DNA of 64,000 nt from Podarcis bocagei (Eukaryota), in NCBI GenBank assembly GCA_964188305.1, contig OZ076895.1. The stretch is one strand, 5' to 3'. The first letter of the stretch is position 1; every line of letters starts with the position of its first letter. This document shows, piece by piece, positions 11,555 to 24,154 of the stretch. The notes beneath the pieces are model-generated. The model was not told where the DNA came from. It worked only from the letters and a program-made list of their open reading frames with translations, and ran no database searches. A program made the position numbers and the translations under genes.

Positions 11555-11565
11555 TAAATAAATAA
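11362..11565 (+). mobile_element. MIR/CORE-like SINE 3' part with an (AAGT)n/(AAAT)n tail
   Basis: ctcagccatgaagc...tacctcacatgattgatgtaaagataaaa...gctgccctgaactccttgaaagaagg...gggcataaatg, followed by a tetranucleotide tail at 11512-11564. Confidence 0.7.
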
Positions 11566-14500
11566 GGAAAACCATCTATCTGCCATACAGTACATAACTA
11601 TGATGATTGGAAGCTTTAAGCTAGGTTTCCACTTTTGGGGGGGACCTTTGTGTGCCCACACTACAAGCTTGATGGTGGGCTGAGCAGCCAATATTGACTG
11701 CCCTGCCCTGCTATGGGGTTGCTTGCCTCCAACTCAAAGCTAGTTAGATGATGCAAGGGTAGTACCTGGCTTGAGTGGACAAAGTAGGAACTTCTCCCCA
11801 CTGGTCCCCTCTGTGGGGATATAGCAGTGGCACCTCCATGGGCCCAGCCAGCTGATTTCTGGCCTACTTATCCTCTCTCCCTCTTTTTGTTGTGCTATCA
11901 TAGTTTCATTAATACATCCTTCTGTTGCTATGGACCCAGAGTTAGCTGCTGGCTGATGAGGCTGGGAAGGAATTTTAAGTTCTCCTTCACAACCCTTGCT
12001 AATTACTACTTTTGACACTGGGGCATCAGGCAGAATCCTTCATCACAAGCATACACTCAGATGATCAGGACGCATGAAGCTATTGATCCATGTCTGATTG
12101 AGCTGTTGACTGAGCATTTCTGGCAGCATGTTGGCTGCCAGAAACAGGATCCTTACTTGCATGCCTTGCCTTCCCACTGTGGAGTTGTATCCAATAACGT
12201 CCTGTCCTCTTTTTAGATTCATCTTCTGGATTTCCTTATCTGCTTCCATTCCTGACTACAGGCACAATGGACTCAGATGCCCATCTTCAAACCCTCACAA
12301 ACCCTGTTGTGCATGTGGACTGCATTAAAAACAAACATCACGATCTGCACATAAAACCTTGCTTCAAATTGACTTTCCTAGATTGGGTAGCTCATGTTTT
12401 AAGTGTCCTTCTTCCAGCACCAAACACAGTATTTTTGAAACATCTATTTCTTGAAGAACACAGAACAAGTTTTATGCTGCAACACATGAAAACCATTTGA
12501 CAGAAATCACAACATAAAATATATTCCGTCTTGAATATTATCAGTCTGAATATTATGTCATCGAAGGCTAAGCAAATATGTCTAGAGAAGCTCATTTATC
12601 CACTTATGCTGAAATGAAAGTTATTTTGCAAAAACTTACAGATGCAGTTGAACCACAGACTCCCCAAGTACAAGGTCTATAAAAGCATCCTTTCATTATG
12701 CAGCCAATTAAGGTGATTTGTTTGTTGCTGATGGAACCTAATGCAGAGACTTGTTTCCTTCCAATAAACGCCTTATACTAAGAAGCCAAATTAGCACAAC
12801 TTTTTAATTGCTCCAATTCCACAGGGAGGCACAAAGAAGTTGTGAAGCTGCTAATTCATTAAAGCCAATCACCTGATACGAAACAGCACCAGGTCTTCAT
12901 AAAACTTCTAGAGCAGACACAAAATGATGTTGCATCAAATTTATAGGTTAAGATATGAGAAGCTTGATAACCATTTCTAAGCTTTACATCTTACAATGAA
13001 AAATAGACCTAATCTCAAGTGCCTCCTACAAAGATTTCAACATCTGTTCCATAAATTTGAAATAGATAAAACATTTTATCCCAAGTTTAAAGTCTTCACA
13101 ATTGCATTTCCACAGGTTATGTGTTGATAGGAAGCACTAGGACCTGAGGATTGCAGAACCATATGGGCTGTAAAATATATTGATTTAAAAAATCAATGGT
13201 AATCAAAGAATTTGATCTTAATGTTCAAGTTTTAAATGCATATACTAGAAAACCCATCTGTGATTAAGACTGCTGTATTTACTGGGGCCTTTCTTTAAAT
13301 TGACCCACTTTCTCTTGTGTTATTTTAATTTAATAGTGATGCCTGTTAAACTCAGGGCTGGCCCTATCATTAGCTTGGCTGAACCACTTTTCTCGGGTGG
13401 TGGATTTGAAAGGGACACAGAATCAGTGTCTTCTCTTGCTGCCTACTTGAGTCCTGCCCCACTGCTTTAGTCTCCACCAGTAGCAACCATCAGAATAAAC
13501 AGACTCTGTGTTGTTGTAAGCACTCACTTTACTGCCCATTGAGAAGCACTTCACATCCTGTCATGGAACCCTCTCTGTCTGTGCACCTGAGACACCACCA
13601 ACATTGCAACCTTAGACCCTACCATCAGCAGCTGCCCGGTCAGGCAGTCCTTGTCTGTCATCTGATGTAGAGTAACAAATCACAAGACAGCCACTCACAG
13701 CTGGCCAGAGGTGTTCGATAGACATGTCACAAGATGTCACTAAAATCTCATGAGATTTTGGTGAAGTCTCATGAAAAGTAGGAAAGTTTTGTGAGAATTT
13801 GGGGGACTGCATGTAGTGTTGCTGTGACATCCGAACATGGTGGTGAATATTTCTGTGCACAGCGATAACATGTAGTTTTAGGCTGTGAGAGATAAAAGCA
13901 AATCTAAAACAAACCCACCACAGAATTCTATGTTACTTCATCCCAAATTATAGTGTTTTCCTTCTTTGCAGAGTACAAAATTCATAGCTGAATTTTGTGT
14001 TTTCCAAAATTGGATGGCACACTTCATGTGGTGATATGGAAAGGATAGACACTTCTAATGCCTGTTGTGAGCTGTCAGAAGGACTGCAGGAGAAGTAGAT
14101 TTTGATTTGGCTAAGTGGAATATACTAGGCATGTGCCATCTAGTTCTGTATGAACTCAATGATTAGATTGCCCATTTGCAATGGGATCATTGTGCTAAGT
14201 TCCTTTCAGATTCTTAACACAAGGTACTGATGGTGTTGGAGACTATGTAACTAACACACTTAGCTTTTGCTAATGTCTTGGCTTGCATGAGAAAGTCCCA
14301 TAACTAACAAAGTCTACATGGTAGCTGATCATAAGATATTGAAATAGTGTTTCAGAAGGATTTTCTACGTATTGTTGATGCTAGATGAATCCCTGAACCA
14401 GAGTTAATGTGAAGAAAATGAGCTAGATACATCTCATTAAAGGCTTATTGCTGTATTTGCATTTTTGACTAATTCTCAAATATTGAAATACAGCTGATGA

Positions 14501-15684
14501 GGTGTACATTTAAACCCCTTTCTTTTAAGACTAAATAAAGATTTAAGAAATGCCAATGATATGTAAATTGAATAGAAACCTGGACCATTCCATTGTACAA
14601 TAGTTAGCAGGAGCTAGAAATGGACACATAAGTAATATTTGCTTTAGCCAACTCAATAAAACAATGCCACAGGAAAATTTAAGTGTTGAACCAACAACTT
14701 TACATTGTGCAACTCTTTTTACAACTGAACTCAAAATGGCTGCTCCTCTAGGTTTCAGTTCTCTACTGGTGCTTCCCAGAACTGCTTTGCCTTGTACACT
14801 TAAGGAGCACTGGTTCCTGCTGTCATTGCAAACACTAATAGGACTCCATACCAAAGCACTGTGCAATTTAGGGTACTTTAATTTATTGAGCATAATATGG
14901 GGTAAGCAGAAATTGTGTCTCATTCGTAGACTGAAAAATTGCAATGGGCTCTCATTTGAAAAGGGAATAGAGTTTATTTCCAGTTTTTCTTCATTATCAT
15001 ATAAAGTATGACTATTGCTGACATTAAAATTCACGTTTAGATTTTTCTGAAAGTGACTCATCCTAGAGCAAATAAGGCAATCAGTTATTTATGTTCAAGG
15101 TTAGATAAGCTTTAGAAGAAAACTTAACTGTTTTGTTAACAGTTGATTCTCATATTATTATATTGGTTGTCAGTTATGAAAGAGGCTTACGTTATAAAAC
15201 CCATATTATTTATTTATTTTACCCGATAACAGGAAACTATAAAACAAGCATCGTTTTCCTAATGTGTACTTGTAGTGTCATGAATAGGCAATTCACACAC
15301 AAACCTTCCTAATCTAATGGATACTAAAATGTGGGAGGCTTTCACACCTGAAACTTAAAGCAGTTCTTGCTTTAATCAGGGTAAAATGTGAATCTGAAAC
15401 CATGATTGGCTACAGTGCTCATTTGTACTGATAATGGCTGTTCTCTACATTCTCTTTGTATGAACATTGCAATAAACAATGTAAGAAATGGTAAGTAGTT
15501 ATTTCAGCCTCATTTGTGAAAATGTTTTAAGGGATATACCAAAACCAGCACACTTATTTAATTTTATTTCACTTTTGTCCCTCAGTGTCCTGGTGCTCAT
15601 TTTTATGCATTTCCCATGAGCTTACCTAACTGAGCCTTCAAATCAGTTTCAGAGGCTTGCTCTTTAGCCTGTCATTAGTTAAAT

Positions 15685-15820
15685 TTAGCAACCCCAGAAA
15701 CGGAATCTTTTTAGTGGTGGCTCCACAGTTGATAAACTCCTTCCCTGTGGAAATCTGACGGGTTCCTTCTCTTACTGCCTTTAAATATGCTGTGAATATC
15801 TGTTCGACACAGCTTTTAGA
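15685..15820 (+). mobile_element. Degraded L2 LINE 3' fragment
   Basis: tttttagtggtggctccacagttgataaactccttccc resembles the AFSVVAPxLWNSLP-like L2 motif. Confidence 0.55.
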
Positions 15821-16399
15821 ATATCATTATGTTAAGTGAGTTTTAGTAAATATACATGTCAAGAATGAAAGCTACCATGAAGGAAAAACAATTGACCAGG
15901 ATAGAGGAAAGTAGCTGCAACAAAACAGAGGTAAACATCAGTGTAGAAACCTCTCCGGTCAGCAAGATACCATGTGTAACAGATCAATAAAACATTAATA
16001 TTTCTCAGCTAACACTTTTTGTGGGATAGCTACACAATAGCCTGATAAAATTGTTGTTCTTCCACAGAAAATCAGTGTAAGGTACAATTATAATAGTAAG
16101 ACAATTTCAACAGCTGTTGATGACAGAGAAAAAAGTGCAGTTACATCACCTGGTAAGAAGAAATAGTGTACTAATGATATGGGTGGAGCTACCCAGACAT
16201 TTCCTGATGGTGGTACAGCTTTGCAATTTCCCTTCCTCCATTTATTGGCAATGTTGGCAAGGGCAGGGTGCCTGTTAATGGCACCAGTGGAACAGTTTCC
16301 CCTTATGTTCCTGGGTGCTGGAACAAAGAATATCTGGATTTGGCCTTCCTATGCCATGAGTGATGCTTCCCTGCCTTTAGACTCTATAAGGGTATAGAG

Positions 16400-16560
16400 C
16401 AGTGGTTTCCAGTTGGTGGTCCACAGACCTCAGGGGGTCCAAGTACCCCACCCAGGGGGTTCATGGCACCCTTCACATAACAAAAATTACCACAGATATA
16501 TCAAAATTTTACAAAAGTAATAGGTCCATGGTTTGGCCTTTGAAAAAAGTCCATTTTCCA
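16400..16560. mobile_element. Partial hAT-Charlie-like MITE
   Basis: Starts tagagCAGTGGTTTCC...gtggtccacagacc...ggggtcc. Confidence 0.45.
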
Positions 16561-18029
16561 GTCCACTTGCTGGCTATTTAAGCTGGCTCCAGCCATGCTC
16601 AGTAGCTTAGTCATTGTTGGAATTCTCTCCCTCCCACCCTATGCGTCAGTTTATGGTCCTGCCCAAAGGTGAGCAGGCAGGCTATGCAAGAGACCTTGCT
16701 ATGGAGATACTTGGTCGTTGTATTTGGGGCCAAGGAGGAATTTTCCTGCAGACAAATTGGGCCTATCTGGAGGTTTTGCCTACCTCAATGCAATTGTCAC
16801 AACTTTTTCTTGGAGTGTGTGTGTTAGGCATTAAGTTGGATCCTTAGTCTTGATGGGGTTGGGGGTTTGGAGCCCCTCTGTTGCAGCAAATTTATTAAAT
16901 TTATATGTCGCCGTTCATCTGTAGATCTCAGGATGGTTCACAGCATAAAAATAAAAGATAAAAACACAAAATACATAATAAAAACAAGAGAACAAACAAA
17001 GAAACAAACCAATAACCCCCACACCTTCCCACTTGGGAGCCAATGGGCCATAGCAACCCTCCCAAATGGCGGCCTTGGAGGGACCGCCTGGAATTGATGC
17101 AGATCATAGGGTGACTGTTAACCTAGGGTCAACATAGCCAAATTAATCAACCAGCAGTCAGGTTGGTTGATTCAGGATACATACCTAATGCCTATGCCAA
17201 AGCCTGCTTACATCTGCAATCAATAAAGTTCTGGGCCATTTGAACACAAGATCCAGTCTGGTCTCTTTATTTACCTTCCTTTTGGTGGACCCCACCAGCT
17301 GCAGTCTTCCTGCACCTGAACCCACAGCTGCTCTTACCTTTATTTGATGCTTGGCAAGGGAAATGGTCCTTCATTTTATTTTAATGTCTTTCAGCAGGTG
17401 CTGAGAATCAGCTCTCCAGCAGTGGATTGCATATGTTCCCTGAATACCAACTTGGAAGATGCATATAGGCAGATATTATGTTACCAAGACATCCATCTCA
17501 CAGCCTGCAGACAACTCCCTTCTCTACCTGACAACAAGAAGGGGGAAACAGTCAGAATTGCTAAGATGAAATGCAGGCAATGATGGGAATTAGGGAGCTT
17601 GTTGATTACCTCAGCCTCACATCTTCCAAATCTTCCAAACAAAAGAGCTTATTTTCTGTTTAAAAATATGTCCCAACTAACTGTATCAATCCCTTCTCTT
17701 CTTACACACCAGAGTGCGAACAAATTTGCAGCATGTGATGTGTTGTGTACACACTGCTACAGGCTATGGGATAATGCAGGAATTTCAGTGGTGGGGAAGG
17801 GGGGAATGTACATTTTCTGCCCACCAATTGTTATTTGAAGATATCTAAAAAGCATTTAAATTTTAAACAGGCATACAAAATCCAAAGGAGACAACATTAC
17901 ACCCATATTATAATCATATTTGTACAGAATATGCCCCTGGACTAGACTAGGGATTAGCACAAAATAGACCAGACTATTGTGGCAATATATCACATTGGTT
18001 TGTAACGTTCCAATAGAAAAATGGAAATA

Positions 18030-18097
18030 AGGAAGGAAGGAAGGAAGGAAGAAGGAAGGAAGGAAGGAAGGAAGGAAGGAAGGAAGGAAGGAAGGAA
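18030..18097. repeat. (GGAA)n microsatellite
   Basis: Seen directly. Confidence 0.97.
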
Positions 18098-20329
18098 AGA
18101 AGGAGTACCCAAAGGATGGGGGTGTTTTTTGCATTGAATTAATTGAATTTTAAAGGATGACTTATTTTTTTTAAAATGGTTTCACAGCTGAAAATGAGAG
18201 ACTGGGAGTTTCTAAACTGGATTGCTTGACTATCACTACCACCCTGGAAGACAGAAAGAAGTGGGTCAGGAAGCTGAGTGTACAGTACCTGGTTTTCCTA
18301 CAACACCAGGAATCTAATCTCAAACATTTCAGTTGGGGGAGCTTAGTGTAAAAGGGCTAACAAGCAATGGAAAGAGCAAAGGATCTGAGTAGATCTGGGC
18401 CACACAAATGGAATGTGATATTGTAAGATTGTGATCTGGACATTTGTAGAAATGTGAATTACGGCACTCATACCCATTCCATGAGCATCTGAAATGTCGT
18501 ATGAGCAAAAACAGGGCACAGCTCTGCAATATGTGTCTGTTTCAAGTTTGGAGAGGTGCATCTCTCTTCTACTGCACTGCTGTGTTGTAGCCACAATGTA
18601 AAGTGATTGCAATTATGGAAGGCTAGCCATTCAGAATGGAGGATCACAGTCAAAACTGTGGTAGCCTATGCTCACTGAATTACTTTGTGGCCTTTTTATA
18701 AACCTTGCAGAACTTCACTTGAATTTCAACTGGTCTATCTATCTATCTATCCTTGGGCATTTGAGAATGAGGTGCTTGAAATTTATGGCACAGAGGTGTA
18801 AGTCTGTATTGTTGATTCACTTGCTTTGGAGAAGAATTGCATCATGAAGTTTACCCTTTCCCCCTAGGAGATCATAGCGGAGCTCCACAGAGTTACATAG
18901 TTAAAATGCAATTATAGAAGGGTAAATAACTTGCATTTTCCTGCCCTTTTGTGACACCCAATTTGAGGTGCCTGAGGCAGCTGTCCCACTCTGCCTAATG
19001 ATAGGGCTAGGTCTGTCTATAAGACTACTGCAAATAAATTCCAGCCAGTCCATTCCACTGCATCAAAGTACTTTTTAATGAGCTCAATTGGCCTATTCCA
19101 CCAAAGGGCCCTTTAGGAGCAATCTGAATGTTACATACCAAGGGCATTGGCTCCACAAATTAATCCTCATTTCTGCTTAATTTTCCACTGAGTAAAGAAA
19201 ACCTAGGAATAATCAAGGATAATGTAGATGAGTGATATCCTGTCTATTCTGGCCTCTGTACTTTACATTGACATTTTAATTTCATTGCCTGACATTTAGC
19301 AAATCCTTAGTGATATTGCACAATGTCATGATTGAAATAAAAGCTCACGAAGGTGGCAGCCCCAAGCTCACTTGTGGGCAAGACATATAGATTTCTTAGA
19401 TAGCGGCTTTAATATACTTCATCTTTAATTTTCGCTATATACCTTAAGAGCAATCAAATCTTATTTTAGCCATGTAAAAATGAACTGTATTATTCAGGCT
19501 GAATCTATTACTTAGTGCTTCTTTAAAAATATTTATTTATTTATGAGATATTTATATTAATCTAGGGAGAATGCATTAATAGAAACTCTTGAAAATGACA
19601 ATACCAGAAAGTTTTCAAACTGATGTTACTGTTGGATGTAGTGCCCTGATAATTTGCCAGCTCCTCTCTTTTTCATACATACCTAATAAGACGAGCCATT
19701 GCAATCACCTGAAGAAATGGCTTTAGGATGCCTCTGCAGATATTCTACAATAGAATCATATTCTTTCCAACAACCTACAACAAATCCTACAGGAACAATT
19801 ATGAGAACTTCATACCCACTTGGCACAATAGCATATGGAAATTTTCTGCAATGCTAATGAGTACAGCTTCAATTTTTAGCCAAAAATGTCAGCACCCAGC
19901 ATTCAATTAGTCGGCAGCAGAATTTTTAAATTGACCCTTGTGCACTAAATTAATTTGCCAATTTCTTTTCCTGGAGGCCATTTTTGAACTGTTTTTTCGG
20001 CTGATACAGTTTTTTTTAGATAAAAAAGTGCTTTTTATTTATGTTTCATAACAGTAATGTACACAAAACAGCAAGTGCATTCCTTTTATAGCTAGCCCTG
20101 CTGGTCATCCAAAAATGTGTGGTTGCTGGGATCCTATGCCTTTCCCAGTGCCTCCTTCCCTACAGTCTATCCTGGTTGTTAAGATTGGCAGACAGTCCCC
20201 TCTTGGGAGAGAGTGGCCCAGGAGAGAGTGTTCAGAAATGTGGAACTCCCTCCCTGCAGACATGCATCAAGCACCCTCATTATATAGTTCCTGCCATTTG
20301 CTGAAGATGCACCATTTTATCTTGGCCTT

Positions 20330-20560
20330 TCTTGTTGGCATCCATCAGGAATGGAATGCATCTCCCAGGGTGAAACCAAACCGCTGTGCTAGCAGCACCC
20401 AAGTGGCCTCCCCAGGGCTCAAGCCTGGGCAGAGTGTATGGAGGTTCTGGGCTGTCTAGACAACAAGCCTCACTGATGTGGTCCAAGGGAAATGAGAGCA
20501 ATGCCTTAGGCTGGGCTGCAGGAGTTGCTAGAAGGAGGTGTGCAAGGCGCCACCCATCCG
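20330..20560 (-). mobile_element. Non-autonomous RTE-derived short retroelement
   Basis: Homologous to 60490-60700. Its 3' end (ggtttggtttcaccctgggagatgcattcc...gatgccaacaag) resembles the RTE 3' UTR at 54145-54203. Confidence 0.6.
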
Positions 20561-21252
20561 TCCAAGAAACTCATTTCAGGTTGACAAACCCCACCTGCCC
20601 CTCACTTCTCTCTACAACACATGCAGAAACTGCTATCTTGACCTTTGGACTGACTATTAGTCTTGTCCACTCAATCCCCCAGAGCCTGTCTTCACATCTC
20701 TAACTGACTGGGGGTTTGAGACTCATCGACTACCCTCACCTGACAATTCTACATCTTTGAATGGCAGGTTACTACTTATACGGAGGGCTTGTTAACTTTC
20801 CTATGGCACATTTATGGAGAACACATTTCAATCTACTCCTTGTCTGGAAACTACCTTTAGTGACAAAATGCTGTGGCTTGCAGAAAAGACTGATGTGCCA
20901 GACCCCTACCCCAAAGGACAGGGAGGGGTAACCAAGGCCATAGACACACCAGCAGCTTAAAATGCAACCCAGCTGCCTTTCAAGTTGCATTTTCATGTTA
21001 CTAAGTGTCAGGATACTTTCCTGGGCTCCTGGCTGGTTGCCCAGGAAAGTATAAACACAAGAGAAGGTTTCTTACCATCTTTTTTATTCAATATTTAGAG
21101 AGAGAGGCTATAGAATCCAGCCTCTTGGATAATGGTGCTGTTCTCCACCCCCTGTCTCTCCCACTTCCTCTTTTGTCACTTCTACGGGTGCTGCTACGTG
21201 CCCTCTGTCTTTGAGCTGTGACCTCCCTAAAACCCCTGTTGTAAAACTATAC

Positions 21253-21499
21253 CAGGGGTAGGCAACCTAAGGTCTGGGGGCCGGATGTGGCCTAATCGCC
21301 TTCTCAATCCAACCCACGGATGGTCCGGGAATCAGCGTGTTTTTACATGAGTAGAATGTGTCCTTTTATTTAAAACGCATCTCTGGGTTATTTGTGAGGC
21401 ATAGGAATTCGTCCACCCCCCCCCCAATATAGTCTGGCCCACCACATGGTCTGAGGGACGGTGGACCGGCCCATGGCTGAAAAAGGTTCCTGACTCCTG
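21253..21499. mobile_element. hAT-Charlie-like MITE
   Basis: TIRs CAGGGGTAGGCAACCT / AGGTTCCTGACTCCTG; 8-bp TSD aactatac / atctatac. Confidence 0.85.
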
Positions 21500-22862
21500 A
21501 TCTATACTGTCTTCCTCTTCCTCCTCCCTGGGAGGGTCAGGATGCCCAGTCCCTGACACTGAGGGAGTAACATTTCATGTTACTAGAGAGAGGGGGGGGA
21601 TGTTTTCACCCAATGCACATTACCTGATTTCCCTGCATTTGCAAACTCTCAAAACTGCAGTTCCCTGTGCATGTGCTATCATCTGCACATGTGCAACAGC
21701 TGTCTCTAATGTACACACCTCAGCTTAACTGCAGTTTATGTCTTCACATTGAATGGAAGCTGTCTTGAGGAGAAACACATCAAACAGCTGTGTTTCTCAA
21801 AACATTGCAAGATACATATGGATTGTGGCTCATGTCATGTGTACTCTTCTTCAAACACCAGTGGGGGTGAGGGTGTGCACTGGGAACTGAAGTACCTGTG
21901 CATCACTCAGGTTTGACAGCTGGGTGGGTAGTGATGCAACAAGCATGGAATAGTCCGTTGCCACTACCTAACCAACTCTTCAGCAGTGAGATGCACGAAT
22001 ACGTAAGCTACTTTTACTATGGGTGTACAATTGGAGAGGCAAGCTATGCAATCCTATGCATTTTCTTATTGGGGAAGACATCCAACTCTCATCAATGGGA
22101 TTTCCCCCTAGGTAACTGTGTAGGATTTCTGTTAATAGGAATTAATAATATAGAATGTTTATGAATGTTTACTTCTTTTATTAATGCAAATAATGGTAGA
22201 ATGAAGTGTTTGCCTTAGCATGGTTTCCTCTTACCATATCAAACTGACACTTCATTATTTTGCTGTAATGTCTCTCATTAGGGAAAGAACCAAATCCACT
22301 ACATGCAGTGGCTCCAAATGTTAGTACAACTCAGTTCGAATATCTGAGCCTTGTTCTTTATCCTAACTAGAACTCTCTTGATATAAATTGGGAATATAAA
22401 TTGATATAAAGCCCAAGAATAAAGGCTGAACAGCTGGGAAGATTTTTTTTGTTCAGTTTTATCTTTTGTTCAGTTTTAGCCAAAATATGCCTTTTATTCA
22501 ATTCTTTCTCCCCCACCCCCTGAGACAGTTACTCTGCAGAGAAGTTACACATTGTTCCATCCTGTGGAGAAAATTAAAAACAAGTTTTCTGGCAGTTCCA
22601 GCTCTGCAGTACATTCTAGGCATTAAACTGTGTCATGCTGTTTTAAAAGAAGGATACTTCGGTGCAGCTCCTCAAATGGAAGCTGTGACTTTTCTAAGTG
22701 GAAGAAAATCTGTGAAGTAGAGTGAAAAGGGACATGCATGAAACTATTCTTGACTCACAAGACCAGTCATAGCTCCCAGCTATATAGCAATAACCTGTAA
22801 AGTCGGGGATGATCTTTAAGGTCAGCCTCTCGTAATGCGAGGGACACAAATATCAACCCAAA

Positions 22863-22988
22863 TCACAGAATCACAGAATTATAGAGTTGGAAGGGACCAT
22901 GAGAGTCACGTACTCCAACCCCCTACAATGCAGGAATATTTTGTCCGATGTGGGGTTCAAACCCACAACCCTGAGACTAAGAGTCTCC
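22863..22988 (-). mobile_element. SINE with a 5'-truncated tRNA-Lys(CTT)-like head and a CR1 3' tail
   Basis: Reverse complement gagactcttagtctcagggttgtgggtttgaaccccacatcggac resembles tRNA-Lys-CTT. It is followed by ttcctgcattgtagggggttgga...cccttccaactctataattctgtgattctgtga. Confidence 0.78.
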
Positions 22989-23896
22989 CCAGGAGAGATT
23001 GGGGCAGGGGAATTGTCACCCTTCAGCAAGCACACAGTTACCTTAAGGGTCACTGGTGAGTGAATGGCTTCCAGCATCACCCATGGATTTTTTTAAAAAA
23101 TACAGTGGACATCCAAGGCCACATGGTGACTTGAAAGCTTAGTGAGTCCCTAATCTGACTTGAGATGCAACTGAAAAACATTAGAACTTTCCCCAAATCA
23201 CCCATTTGTTTCACAGTTTGGGGTGCACAAAAAACTGATGCACACCCCTTAATAGGTAGCCACCAGGATGAAAAAGAATTTTAGGAATGTGAGGTCCCTG
23301 TTGATAATACTCACCCATCAGATGGGGGAGGGTTCTTTGCCCAGGGACCTCTCTCTCCACTGCACTCACAATGACTGCTGTTTTGGATGCTCAGATATGA
23401 AAAGAATTTATATTGATTCTGCAGCATTGAATACAAAAGCACAGTGGGACGCTTGCAATTATAATTCATATTGCCTTTCCCACTTTCTATTCCCTTCCTC
23501 TCCTCTCTTCATTTTCATAATTTGTCTTTGGGCCTTCATGTTATTCATGAGCACATACAAACACAACCTTATAAATTGGGCATTATCTCAGAGTGGAGTT
23601 CCTCCCTGGCACAACCACTAAAAAACCTGTTTAGAGAAGGACAGTTTTGTGGGCTGGTAAGCTGCAGAGACCTATGCAGGTGGCAACTGCCCTGCTGCAG
23701 AGCACAGGCAGTCCAGTAGGTCCCAGGTTCAGTCACATATAATAAGCCTGCGTTATTGAAAAGCCTTAGACATATTAGGGCACCCCACACTTTGCAGGCG
23801 GAAGCTCCCAGGTCACTCCTTGGCAATTCTATCTGCAGTGTAGGCATTCCAGGTTCAATCACAGAGGTACAGGGTTGTATCAAGGGAACCCATATA

Positions 23897-24154
23897 CCAT
23901 ATTTTTCGCTCTATAAGACGCACCAGACCACAAGACGCACCTAGTTTTTGGAGGAGGAAAACAAGAAAAAAAAAATCTGAATCTCAGAAGCCAGAGCAGC
24001 AAGAGGGATCGCTGCACAGTGAAAGCAGCAATCCGTCTTGCTGTTCTGGCTTCTGGGATAGCTGCACAGCCTGCATTCGCCCCATAAGACGCACACACAT
24101 TTCCCCTTACTTTTTAGGAGGGAAAAAGTAAGTCTTGTAGAGCAAAAAATACAG
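23897..24154. mobile_element. Tc1/mariner (pogo/Tigger-like) MITE, copy 1
   Basis: TA|CCATATTTTTCGCTCTATAAGAC ... GTCTTGTAGAGCAAAAAATACAG|TA. A second copy lies at 51378-51624 in the opposite orientation. Confidence 0.9.

Noticed and set aside
14543-15061. 172-aa minus-strand ORF
   Set aside because: No recognisable motifs or convincing splice context; probably chance.
17030-17350. Possible DIRS/LTR remnant (caataaagttctgggcc)
   Set aside because: Termini and TSD could not be defined; family recall is too uncertain.
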